Below the pieces are notes generated by a model. That model saw only the letters and a program-made list of their open reading frames with translations, searched no databases and was not told where the DNA came from. From Vicugna vicugna (lineage: Eukaryota), in contig MU057781.1 in assembly GCA_013265495.1 (NCBI GenBank), positions 436,001 through 500,000 of the forward strand: a stretch of 64,000 nucleotides of DNA. The letters run 5' to 3'. Positions 1 through 11,719 of this stretch are shown here, piece by piece; position 1 is the stretch's first letter, and the number at the start of each line of letters is the position of its first letter. The translations under genes were made by a program, and so were the position numbers.

Positions 1-1300
1 GGTACATTCTGTGAGTAATGACACATACCCATCGTTACAGATCCCCGCAGAGCATTACCACTGCCAGGAGAGCCCCCTGAGCTCTGTCCGTCTCCTCCTG
101 CACCCTGGCAGCCTCTGATGGCCTTCCTGCCTCCAGAGCTTCGCCTTTTCCAGGATGTCATATAGATGGAATTGTACCTAAGCAGTCTTTTCCGATTGGT
201 CTCTTTCCCTTAGCAATATGAATTTAGATTTCTCCATATCTTTTCGTGGCTTGGCAGCCACTTATTTGTAACATTGAATATATTCCATTGAATATTATTA
301 GTATTATTAATCCATTTATCACTGTACCTAAGGTCATTTAGGTTTTCTCTTATGCTGTCTTCTAGGAGTTTCAGAGTTTTGCATTTTGCATTTGTGCCTA
401 TGATCCATTTTGAGTCAATTTTTGTGACAGGTATACAGTCTGGGTCTACCGTATGCTGAAAAGGCTGTCTTTGCACTATTGTCTTGCCCTTTCTCCTTTG
501 TCAAAGATCCATCCACTCTATTTATGGGGGCCTATTTCTGGACTCTCTCTTCTGTTCCGCTGATTCATTTGTCCATCCTTTTGCCAACACCACACTGTCT
601 TGATTACTTTAGCTGTGGCTGTATAGTAAGTCTTGAAGAGTTGAGTAGTTTCGGTCCTGCCGCTTTGTTCATCTGCAGGGTTGTGGTGGCTATTCTAATT
701 GTTGTGCTTCTGCACATAAACTTCAGAATCAGTTTGTTGATATCTACAAAATGACTTGCTGGAATTGTCAATGGGGTTGCACTCATTCTACAGATCACTT
801 TGGGAAGAACTGACATCATATCAATATTAAGTCTTCCTATTCATGAACATGGGATATCTCTCCATTTATTTAGTTCTTCCATGACACCTTTCATCTCAGT
901 TTTGTAGTTTCCCTCATGTACATCTTGTGCATATTTGGTTAAATTTATACCAAAGTATTTCATTTGAGAGGATGCTAATGTAAATGATTATGTATTTTTA
1001 ATTTCAAATTCCATTTGGTCATTGACGGTAGACAGAAAAGTGACTGATTTTTGCACGTTAACTTTGTATCCTGAAACCTTGCTACAACTGCTTATTAGTT
1101 TTGAGAGTTGTGCTTTTTTTTGTTTTCAGCTTTTTCAGATTTTCTATGCAGACAATCATCTCATCTACAGACAAAGACAGTTTCATTTCTTCCTTCCCAA
1201 TCTGTATACGTTTATTTCCTTTTCTTGTCTTATTGCATTAGCCAGGACTTCCAATACAATATTGAAAAGCAGTGGCCAGAGGGAACATCTTTGCCTTAGT
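1..1300 (-). mobile_element. Old LINE-1 (L1M-type) fragment: 3' UTR plus ORF2 C-terminal/RT-adjacent region, decayed
   Basis: Minus ORF 604..819 (MSVLPKVICRMSATPLTIPASHFVDINKLILKFMCR...NKAAG) resembles L1 ORF2 (MAILPKAIYRFNAIPIKIP..FF....KTILKFIW..KNKAGG). T-rich antisense L1 texture; 1-330 resembles an L1MC-like 3' UTR. Confidence 0.9.
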
Positions 1301-2134
1301 TCTGATCAGCGTACTTTTGAGCAAGAATTTTCTCTGAATATGTTTCCCTTTTCAAAATTAACTTGTTTAAAGTGGTTCTGTTGAGTGATGGTATAATTTC
1401 ATAAATGCCTCTACGTGTAACCTGTGCATCACATGGTGAACATCCAAAGCTGGTTTTGTTCTGGAAGAAATGAGCAAATTTTGTTTTAAAGAGTTTGGAG
1501 CCTCCCATAGGTCCCCCACCAGGACTTGCACTGGGAAACTGGAGCCAGGATTTCAGCTTCACCACAAAGGATCACACCAGCTCTGGAGCCTGAGTGTCCC
1601 CAGTCCAGGTCTCAGCCCTCCCCGTGTCCTCACCCCATGTGGAGTCTCAGGGCTGCAGGACAAGGCCATACAGCTCCTCAGGGGGTGCTGACTCCAGTCG
1701 GACACATCCCTCCTAGCTGAGGGCACTGTCCCGCCCACACGCCCTCAGCTCAGGCCCCTGTTGGCTGCAGCAGAGTAACGAGAACGCCTCTCCGAGGGGC
1801 CGGCCTCCCTGCGCTGGACCCGGAAGCTCTGTGTGCCCAGCAGCTCTTCAGGCAAACAGCATGAGTGCTTCCGGCCTCACCCACATCCTCACTGGTCTCG
1901 AAACACCCAAAGACAGGGTCATCAGGTCCCCATTTCACAGAGGCACTTCAGAGTCTTGAAATAAGAAGTAAACATGTGCTTAAAGAGCAGCTTCTGCTGA
2001 ACAAAAACATCCAGGAGCTAGAAAGGGAGAGACCGGGCCCTCCTCCCCCATCACTTCTTTCTTCACCCAGAGACTCCCGAACACAAAAGTACCAGTTGGA
2101 TCGTGTGCTGCGTACCACGTACCTACCTCAGGTG

Positions 2135-2872
2135 GGTGGAGATGCTCAGCACTGTTTGCCATGAGGGAAACGCAAACTAAAACCACAGTGAGATACTCCA
2201 CACCCACTAGAATGGCGCCAACATAAAAGCTGGAGGACACGAAATGCTGGCGAGAACGGGGGGCCACTGGCGCTCTCCCATGTGGCCAGGGAAGTGCAGA
2301 ATGATGTGGCGACTGTGGAAAATCGCTCGCCAGGTGCAATGTTAAACACACACTCACCCTGCAGCCCAGCAACCCCATTCCTGCTATTTACCTAAAAGAA
2401 GTGAAACGTGTATCTCCACGCAGACACACTCGTGGGTCTTCATAAAAGCTTTCTTCGTGATGATTCAAAACCAGAATCAACCTGAATTCTCATCAGCTGA
2501 TGAATGGCCAAATAAACTGCGGTATATCCACACAGGGGAACAGTTCTCAACAATGGGAAAGAATGAGCTCCTGATACAGGAAACAACATGGATTTATCGC
2601 AAAAACATTAAGCTAAGGAGGAGAAGCCAGACACAAAAGACCACATACTGTGTGAGTCCGTTTACAAGAAAGTCTAAAAAAGGCAACATTCCAAGAGCTG
2701 GAGGGGTTGGCTGCAGAGGAGCACGAGGACCTCTGTGGGCGATGGAGCTGGTCGACGGCGTGCCTGTGGTCGTGGCTACATGACTGTACGGTCATCAGAA
2801 CCCACTGAAGTGTACACTGTAATTCAGTGAGTCTTATTCATGTGAATTTTACCATAATAAGGATGATTTAAA
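2135..2872 (+). mobile_element. Old L1 (L1M) ORF2 end and 3' UTR fragment
   Basis: Characteristic L1 motifs: gggaaacgcaaactaaaaccacagtgagatac, cccagcaaccccattcctg, gatgaatggccaaataaactgcggtatatccacac, gaagccagacacaaaagaccacatactgtgtga. Confidence 0.85.
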
Positions 2873-2877
2873 GACAC

Positions 2878-3180
2878 TGGTCACACCACTCCCAGCTGAA
2901 AACCCCATGGCAGTCCCCCATCGCCCAGGACACAAAGTCAAGGTCCTGCGTGACCTGGTCTCTGACTGTCTCCCCAACCTCATCTCAAGATGCTACCTCC
3001 CCTTCCTCATCCCCACATCCCAAACCCTCTACTGTAGCTGTCGTAAACCCTCTCAAGTCCTCACAGCCATGCCGTGTCCCACTTCGGGGTCCCCGTCTAC
3101 CATCGCCCTTGCCTGGATTCCCACCTCTCGTCTTCCATCCGCCAGTAAAGTGTCCTGTTCTCCAAGACCCAGGCAGAAGC
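2878..3180 (+). mobile_element. L2 fragment (3' region)
   Basis: tcacaccactcccagctgaaaaccccatggcagtccccc...gtgacctggtctctgactgtctccccaacctcatctc resembles the L2 3' consensus. Confidence 0.6.
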
Positions 3181-3374
3181 ACTTTCAAAGACCACTAAGT
3201 CGGGTTTATGCAGGGAATGAGACTTGGGTGCCTGGTCACTCCCATGCCGGTCAGCACTGTCCTGGAGATCCTGCCAAGGCAGTTATGTTCATTTTTTAAA
3301 ATTAGGTACACAGAGTGCAAAAAGTAAGATCATTATTAGCAGATCTTTATAACTGCTTACAAAAAAGATAAAAG

Positions 3375-4510
3375 AAAATGTATAATTAGAACTAATAAGA
3401 AGGTTCAACGAGGCCACTGCTTACAAGCTCAGCACGCAAAGAGGGAAGCAGCGTTGTGCATCAGTGACAGCTAATTAGGAAATGCGATTTATAAAAGATC
3501 CATTCACAGGAGCAAAAAGTGGGGCGGGGGGAAGTAACTGTAACTGCACTTCCCTAAAACCAAATCTAACATAAGATGCCGCAGGTATTTGTGGAGAAAG
3601 TGATAACAAACTGTTACTCCCGGACAGGTTTTCAAAAACATGAATGAGTAGCGAGACATACAACGTTGATGAATGGTGATGAGTGGAAACTAAACTTCAT
3701 AAATATGTCGGTTCTCTCCAAATTAGTCTGTGAACTCAAAGCAATTCCAATCAAAATCCCCAAGGACTTTTTTTTGGTGGAACTAAAATTTATACAAAAG
3801 CATAAAGTTCCAAGAATAGACAAGACAATTCTAGGCGGGAGAGCACTGAGGAAGGGCGGTCGTTACGAGACGATCAAGGCCTGTCACGGAGCGGCAGCAA
3901 TTCCGGCGCGTGTGGCAGAGGCGCGGCGCGGGCCGCGCGGTCAGCAGAGCAGCGGAGACGCTCAGAAAGGGCCCCCAGGCCTGCGCACGCACAGCGCGCG
4001 TCCGAGCGCGAGCGCGGAGGGAGCGCTTCAGGTCCAGACGGAAGGAGGACCCCTCGGCGCGCAGCCGGCAGCTCCGGAAGGCTGGACTCTCCGTTCTGGA
4101 AGGATCGTAAGCGCCTCCCTCTCGACCAGGACGCGTGCGAATCCCAAACGTCCCGGAGGCCTGACAGCGAAAAGCAAGTCAGGAAAAAGGCACAAGGCTG
4201 TTCTAACGAATCGCAGACAAAGAAAGGAGGAACGCCCGAACCAGGAAGGAAAAGACCCCTTAAAGTGAACAAAAGAAAACGAAAAACTTCGTCCAGCAGG
4301 AGACGCCCTCGCGGAGCAGCGCAACGGGGCGCAGACGAGGCGGAAAGCACCTGCGGGTCGCACGCCGCGCGCGCACCCGGTGTCCAGGACGCGCGATGCT
4401 TTCCTCCGAAGCAACGAGCAAAAGGAAGAAGAGCCCACGGGGCCGAAAGCGCAGAGGCGCTGATGCCTCCGTTCGTGCGGACGCGACTGAACATAACGGG
4501 AAACGCCGAC
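3375..4510 (+). mobile_element. Old L1 ORF2 fragment; distal part (3830-4510) strongly GC-converted
   Basis: ORF 3666..4268 begins MSVLSKLVCELKAIPIKIPKDFFLVELKFIQKHKVPRIDKTIL (L1 ORF2-like). Colinear L1 anchors continue through the GC-rich part at 3873, 3940, 4276 and 4383. Confidence 0.8.
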
Positions 4511-4960
4511 CAAGCCCGCGTCCCCCCGCCCCGGGCTGCCGTCCCAGGAGCTCTGACCCCCGGCCACGGAGGCCACCTGCCGAGGCTGCCGAGCCGGGCT
4601 TCGCGCCTGTGTCTGGCCACGCTCGCGGGGCCCGCGGCCCGCAGGGCAGGGGCAGAGACGTGGGACGGGCCTGGGGGGCAGGAGACTCCGGCGCTGGCGC
4701 GGCCGGCCCCGCGCTCTGTCTGGGCGGGTCCCCGGGGGACTTCCAGGGACCGGGGTCGCCGCCGCCGGGCGGGGCAGGTGCGGCAGCAGCTGGCGGGCAG
4801 AGCCCGGGGCCGGCCCCCCACGGGGAAGCCCCCGGCCCTCCGCGCCCCGGGGCCGGCGCATGGGCTGGGAAGCTCCGAGCCGGCCCGCACACGCAGACGG
4901 GCTCCGAGCAGCGGCAGCGGCAGCGTCGCCCCGAAGAGAAGTGGATGCTTGGAGGGAACA
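3830..4960. promoter_or_regulatory. CpG island (candidate promoter/enhancer), left half L1-derived
   Basis: Very high GC with dense CpG (cgcgcg runs) and a GC box (gggcgggg near 4767). Sharp transition to AT-rich sequence on both sides. Confidence 0.8.
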
Positions 4961-5507
4961 GGGGGGCCGATCTACCGTCTAATTTCTCTTATTAGGGAGA
5001 AATCAGTTACTTCAATTACACGTTTTAATCACTTTTATCTTCCTCCTGAAAAGAGCAATAATGGGAAAGAGTTGAAGAACACGGCCACTCGTGCGGACTT
5101 CAAAACAGACCCAAACTGCTCTCCAGCGGTTAAGCGCCTGTGCCAGGTAAGGAGGCTCCACTCACGGCTGCGTGTGCAGCAGTGTCGGGGCGGGGGCCAC
5201 GTCTCGGGGGAGGGGGCGATGTTTTCACAGAGGGCTTCGATTTTATCTAAAATGCCCTATTGCTTGGGGAAAAGTCACAGTCTGAAAGAGCACGCAATGT
5301 CAACCTTTGGAGCTAAAGGTACATTGACATTTCCTGTTTCATCTGTAATTTTCCGTAAGTTTTCTTATTTTAAAAATGAAAAAAAAGGTACTGAATTATT
5401 GACAGATGAAATGATGTGACATCTCAAATTTGCTTTAAAATACTGCAGGGAAAAAATGGAGCAGAAACAGATGAAACGCCGTGGGCAAAACGCGAGTTCT
5501 CTGTTTC

Positions 5508-5770
5508 GACAAAACAAACCTCCCGAGAACCTAGTGGCCGAGAGGCCAGCATTTACTGTCCGGGGGTGTCTGCGAGTCAGGAATTCAGGAGCGGCTCAGT
5601 GGGTGTTTCTGGCTCAGGTCCTCCTGGCCGGGCTGCGTCCTCTGCAGGCTGGCGACCTCAGCTCCTGCCTCGGGGGCCTCCGCACAGGCCAGCAGCCGGG
5701 CCCCCGAGTGCCCGGGGACCCGAGAGAGAGGGCGAGGGGGAAGCTGCAGAGGTTCCCTTCCCTCGACCCC
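5508..5770 (-). mobile_element. MLT1-type (ERVL-MaLR) LTR fragment
   Basis: aacaaacctcccgagaacctagtggc...gtcaggaattcaggagcggctcagtgggtgtttctggctcagg resembles an older MLT1 LTR in antisense. Confidence 0.55.
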
Positions 5771-6184
5771 AAAAGGAGGAAGACATAGAGGCCTGGAAAG
5801 GAGGCTCCAATTCCAGCCAGACCCCGAGATTCCAGCCCCAGGGGCTGAGACCCCACTGTTTCTAGCAGACACCTGGCTTCCCGGGCCCTTCGTGAGCCAG
5901 GACTTGAACTCTGAACGATCTCTTTATCCTGGAGGGACTTCACTGGTTTATTCTAATCAGCTAGTTTGAGAGAGGAAAAAAAAAAAACACGATGCAAAAT
6001 CACTATTCTTGCAAAATGGGAGCAGGAACAAGCTCTACAAAGTTAGAAATTAAATGACTGTTCTCTTTCTGAGACATATGTTAAGCTAGCAGCTCGTTAA
6101 TCTTCTTTCTGCTCTAAGCCTGTAACAACCTGGCTACTAAATCTTTAAGTCTCTGAATCATGACTCTTTCATAATCCCCAGCGC

Positions 6185-6816
6185 CAGGGCCGGGAGAGAT
6201 GCTCATCTTTCTTCCAAGAGAAGCAGGTGCAGATGAGGCAGAACGGAGCATGGCTGGACATGGCGGCTTTGACGGGGGTCCAGGGACAGGTGTGCCACAG
6301 GGGCCGTGGCCTGAGGCCAGAGTGGGACCTCGGGCCAGCACCAGCACCTGACCTGGTGAACAGAAACGGTAAAAGAGAAAAAGGCACAGAGGAGGGTTTA
6401 ATACAATACTGACTCTCTCATTTGAGGGCTACCAGGTGGTAAAAGCCCATTGGAGGAAGCCCTGCGGACTCGGGAACGCCCGCAGAAGAAAACAGAAGCC
6501 CTCCCCGCCAGAGCTGCCAGAGGAGGCGGGTGGCGGCGCACTGGCCTGTGCACCGGGTTGAACTCTGGACCGCAGGCTGAAGCCGGGCCCACCTGGTACT
6601 GTCTGATCTTCCTTGACGTATCAGAGCGCACTGCCACGGCGGAACCCTGCCTCGCCGCTCTCAGCGCCGCCTCTGACACTGAGGAGCCACACGCCTGTCC
6701 CCCTCCCCCGGGGACATCCTGACAGGGGCCTTCTGCTGTTTCTGCTTCCTGTTCCCTGCAGCACCCGCTCCGTGCCTTTTCCCGTTATCCCACAGCTGAT
6801 GAATAAATGCTGAAAA
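6185..6816 (+). pseudogene. Possible decayed processed pseudogene, parent not identified
   Basis: Non-repeat stretch with protein-like frames broken by stops and frameshifts (FFQEKQVQMRQNGAWLDM...EWDLGP..PDLVNRNGKREKGTEEGLIQY*LSH / FEGYQVVK / PLEEALR). It ends in AATAAA (6802) and a short A-run. No TSD found. Confidence 0.3.
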
Positions 6817-6829
6817 GTAGGACTGCTGC

Positions 6830-7265
6830 TCCAGGCGTGATCCACGCCTCCACCTGGTCTCTGCACCCAGCTGTCCCGCGTGGAGTCTCAGCCTGGCTTT
6901 CCCACCCCCAGACCGAGGCAGCTGGTCTACCAATAACCACAACACCGCTTACCAGCTCCAGTATTCAGCATTTAAATGGCTTCCACTTTTCAACGCTATC
7001 AATAGTCTGTAAATTATCATCCTATGCAAAAATTACGGCTAACGGTTTCTGTGGGGCCCCCTCTGGAGGCGAACCTGCTGGCCTGGAGGGCCTGCCCTTT
7101 TCGAAGCTCTCGATGCTGAGAGAGGACCCCTGGAGGCTGCGCTGCGCCTGGGCCCGTCCCGCCCACCCTGGGCTCCAGTCTTTGTCATTGTCACCCTTGC
7201 AGGTGAACCTTGCTGTTGCTTTTTGTTCATTTATTTGCCTGGTTGCTAATGAAGTCGGCGTTTGA
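6830..7265 (-). mobile_element. Highly decayed L1 (L1ME-like) fragment
   Basis: cttgctgttgctttttgttcatttatttgcctggttgctaatgaagtc and catttaaatggcttccacttttc resemble antisense L1 3' sequence. Confidence 0.4.
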
Positions 7266-8182
7266 GGATTTGGGTTTCTTTGCTCCGGGCAGTTAGTGGC
7301 TGGGGGAATGGAACCCACCACCACAGTCAGATTCGCAGTTTCCCCTCCGTCACCCACTCCCTTCCCCGTTATCTCAGCCCCATCACCTCTGACAATCAAG
7401 GAACAGCCATTCCCAAGGCTACCATTTCCCAAACTGTCCACCTCCCAGCCACGTGCCGACGCCCAAGTGAAGCTTGGCGAAGGGAGGGCGCGGCCCAGCC
7501 ACGCAGCCCCGGGGGGGGGTGACGACCCAGCCACCGCGCTGCTCCCCGTCGCCCTGCATGGCTCAGATTTACCATTATTGTTGCTGTTGTTGTGAATAAA
7601 GGGCAAGCTCCTGGAAAATTGGCTGTCTTATCCACTCAGCAGTCAGTCAGGCGAGGACACCAGGTGCCTGCGAGAAGCAGCCAGAATTCCCAGGATGCTG
7701 CTTCCCTAAGTGGCGAGTCCTGAGGGTCTGACTTACCGCCCCCCAAGCCGTCAGAAAGCCCGGGGAGGAGGGCTGTTGACAGAGGCTCGAGTGTTTCAGA
7801 GAGAAACGAAAGTCGATACAATTGCCCTGTGATCTTTATTTATATTCTCGGAACCAGCTTCAAATGGAAATGCAGATAATGAGAAGACGCTGATGAAATT
7901 GCCCATGTGAATATTCATCAAATCACCTGGACTTCCACATAATTTTGTTCTTTCTCCGGCGCTGTCTCTGAATAACAAAGCGTCCTACCTTCTCCAAAGA
8001 GGGGAGCTCAGCGCTGATTAGAAGACACAGAGGAAAACTGACTTTGAATTTCTGGTAGAAAAAAACAGTCGTTGGTAAACAGTGCCATCCGTCTCAGGAT
8101 GTGATCCTTGCGTTTGGGTCCACCTTCAACATCTAACCTGGTGTCATGGCTGCACTCGGTACAAGTGAGAAACCAGAGCCAC

Positions 8183-8518
8183 CTCAGCCCTCCTCATCCG
8201 AGGCGTCTGCACCCTCGGGGGTCAATCGCCGAGGACCAAATGCGTTGGGAAGAAAGTTCCGGGCACTTTCCAAAAGGCGAAATTTGAATCTGCCGCTCAG
8301 GCCGGCTAGTCACGTAGCAGCTGCATTGTATTTACAGCCATTTACATAGAACTTACACGCATTAGGTATTAGAGTGATGCAGAGAGGGTGTGAGGGGACG
8401 CAAGGATGTGTGTAGGTTACATGCAAACACTTCATTTCCTGTAGGGGCTTGAGCACCCCGGGGTTCTGGTGTCTCTGGGCCTGGAACCAGTCCCCCCAGG
8501 TTCCGAGGGGATCGTTGT
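8183..8518. mobile_element. MER2-like (TcMar-Tigger) non-autonomous DNA transposon, near full length
   Basis: Degenerate terminal inverted repeats (cagccctcctcatcc ... ttccgaggggatcgttg). Internal ttgtatttacagccatttacatag, taggtattagagtgat and ggatgtgtgtaggttacatgcaaacac are typical of MER2/MER2B. Confidence 0.75.
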
Positions 8519-11445
8519 GTTTCACATTTAACGAGTGTTGTGAGAATGTTACATTTTGAAGGATTATCATGTTAAACTACAGTGCTGGGGCTTCCTTGGA
8601 TGAATGTCAAACCAGTGCCCCCGTTGGACCAAACATCTAATGGGGAAACTCCCGAAGTTTTTTTAAGCTGAATATTTGAATGCATCTGGATTTTGATGGA
8701 ATTTCCACGTCCAAGCAAATGTCTGCTCTAACCCAGACCTCTGCTGTGGGGGTTTCTCATCAGTCACCGGGGAGAGTGGGGCTCTGACCACGTACAGCCC
8801 CGGCAACCGGCCCGGGCCTCCCTGCCCAGCTCAGCCCGCGCCCTCGGCTCTGGAGTGGCCCCACGAGCGGTGCCCACAGCTGCACCCCCACGGGCACAGA
8901 CGCCTGAGTCAGGGCGCTCTGCCCCAGAGTCCAGGGCCTGCAGGCGTGTGGTCCACGTTTGTGGCAGCACCGCCCTCAACCAGACTCGAGTCCGCCGACC
9001 CTGAGCCCCCCTCTCGGCCAGGCCAGAAAGACGTGAACAAAAGCTCCCATGGTTTCTAACAGTCAAGTTCACCGGCCTGGAGACCTTGGCAGCCAAAACT
9101 GACGCCAAGACAGAGAAATTTGTTATGGAATCCACCATCTCCTGGCCTCCGGGGGACAGGGGAACCCAGCTCTGCTAAGTGCCAGGCAGCAAACCCAGAC
9201 ACTGTCCCAGGGACCCACCCTTCACGCTCAGACCCAGGCACTCTGACGCCCGACATAGTTCACTGTCACTGCCACACCTCTACATTTCTTTGTTTTTATA
9301 TTGCTATGTCCTTTCCACACAGTAGTAATTATCGCTCTTAATTATGAATAGTTACAGCCAACTTAATCAAGACCCATAGAAGCAATACATTTAATTTATT
9401 AAATTTCTGGATGAAAGGATTGCCTTGAGTTAAATTTTCAAACAGTTAGAACAGGCAACCGACCGTCTTCGACGCTATGAGGCTGAAGCCCTGCAGCGGG
9501 CATTGTGCTTGCCCCCCACCCCTGTCTCCCGCCCGCTGACCTCTGCCCCCGCTGCCCGGTGAGTCCCCCTCCGTGCACGCACGTGGGGCACGTGTCAGGG
9601 CCGACACCCCCACAACTGTCAGCCCACAGCCATGGCTCCCACTCCTCAGGGAGGAGCTCTGAGATGCACAGTCCACATCATCTCAGACCCCCCTTCCCCA
9701 CTGGCCCTGGGGTCCACACCGGTCACCTGGGTCACACACCCTTACCCACGATCCTCCCTGCTCACCCCCCACACCCGGCTCCCGTTTCCTGGCATCAGCA
9801 CCCCCAGAATGCACTTGCCCCCTGCGACAGAGCTCCCACTTTTCCTTCCACGCAGATGCTGTGAGCTGTGCTGGGTGCACGTGCGCTCAGCCTGTGTGAA
9901 AGCAGAAGAGCCCTTCCGTGGGGCAGCAAGATTGTGACTTTTTTCAAAGTGACCTTGAAACAGAAAATGATGACGAAATCACAAACCACTCTAAGCATTT
10001 CCCCCTCCAGAGGGTCCCACGTCCACCCCGCGGGTGAGGTCACCCAGCACGTCAGCCGCCCCCAGAGAGCGGGACACGGGACCGTGGTCAGAACAGGGGC
10101 ACAAGGGGTCCTGGTGTCCTGCCTCTGGAATCGGTTCACGGAGAGATCCGGGAGTCCTGGTGGCAGACATGCTGGGGGCACCTCCGTGGGGGCGTCCTCT
10201 GAGGCCCTGGGTGTGGGCAGGTCCCCAGGGAGAAGGGACGGGGGTGAGGAGGGCGGCGTGCCAGTTGGGCAGACTCGGGGGCGCTCTAGGCAGGAGCGGA
10301 GAGGAGGCCCCGGAAGGCGGGAGAGCCACTGACTGGTGTCAAAAGCAGGGTCCTTGGAGTCAGGAGCCTCCTCTCTGCTCCCCCGGCCCGCTGTGCGGCC
10401 CGGGCCTGCCCTGAACCCCCACTTCCCATCAAAGCACAGAGACAGTAGTCTTTCCTCCAGCCGCCATGATTCACGGGATGACAGGGTCCCAGCGCGGCGA
10501 CCAGGGTGTGGCTGTAACGGGACGGTTACCATCTGCTGTGGGTCAGGATCACCCCAGCAGACTGAGACGGTGTCCGGCGGGCAGGACGGCGTTGGGGGCC
10601 CCTGGGAAGGGAAGGAAGAACGGGGTTAACAGAGGGAGCTGGAGCCGAGACGCAGCAAACCTCGGGGACCCCTGGAGCCGCAGTGGCTGTCACACTGGCT
10701 GTGCCCCACACCCGTGCGCACCTGGGAAGGACGTGACCTCGGAGGTCCCTGCAGGCAGGCCCCTGCGAACCCCCGCCCCTGTTGTCTGTGGGGACCCCCA
10801 GGCTCCATGCAGCAGGGGTTGGGGGAGGGAGGCTCAAAATGCGCAGAGGAAGGAACAGTCCCCCCACACCCTCCACCCCGAAGGGGGCAGAAAAGCTGGA
10901 GCACCTCGGAGCCCAGGGAGGGAGACACACGTGTGCTGGGGGGACGCGCTGCAAACACAGCAAAGTGCGGGGGGGGTGGAGGCAGAGATGTGAGGACGAT
11001 CAGATGGATCGATGGTGCAACGACCGGAAGGCGCGGAGACAAAAGGCAGACGCAAGCCTGGCGCCCCGCCCTGCCGCCCCAGGCGCCCGACGCCCCGGGG
11101 ACTGCGGCCCCCGGAGGTTGCTTGTGGGTCCCGCCCGAGTGCCTGGAAGTGGCCTGGGTCTCCCTCTCTCTCCCCTCTCTCTCGTCAAGGCATCTTCACT
11201 GAGACTGGTCCCGGCAGGACGCACCAGCGAGGGCCACAACTCATCTGAAGCTTGGCGCCCCTCCCCACCAGCTGGAGCCCCTCCTCTCCTCCCTGTGTCC
11301 TGGCTGTGCTAGACGGGCTGCCAGCAGTCTGGTCGGGGTGCAGGGGGGCAGGCGGGGTTCCTCCGGTGAGACCTGGTGGGCCTCAGTAAACATGGCTCCC
11401 AAAGCCCAGCGGCTTGTTAAAAGGGAAGCGTAGAGAGTGCTTGTG

Positions 11446-11495
11446 AGTGTGGGGGTGTGCATGTGTGTGCACGCGTGTGTGTGCATGTGTGTGTG
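11446..11495. repeat. Imperfect (TG)n/(TGCA)n microsatellite
   Basis: gtgtgggggtgtgcatgtgtgtgcacgcgtgtgtgtgcatgtgtgtgtga. Confidence 0.75.
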
Positions 11496-11719
11496 ACCGA
11501 GGGGGCGGGCAGGGGCAGGAGGCCAGGAGGCCCAGCTCAGGCGAGAGCAAGCTCCCCCTCCTCTGTCCACCTCATCCTCAGCTGGCCCCCACCCAAGACG
11601 GCGACGTCCTCCACTCGTCTGCTGGACCGATGCAGGTTCCCCCGGAAACACCGTCACGAACGGATGCCCCAGAAGTGGCTGACCAACTGTCTGGCCGACA
11701 CCTAAAACGAGCCATCTCA

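Noticed and set aside
3874..5419. Overlapping 200-384 aa ORFs on both strands
   Set aside because: They are open in several frames at once over a CpG island, with Gly/Ala/Arg/Pro-biased composition and partial L1 origin. Not called as CDS.
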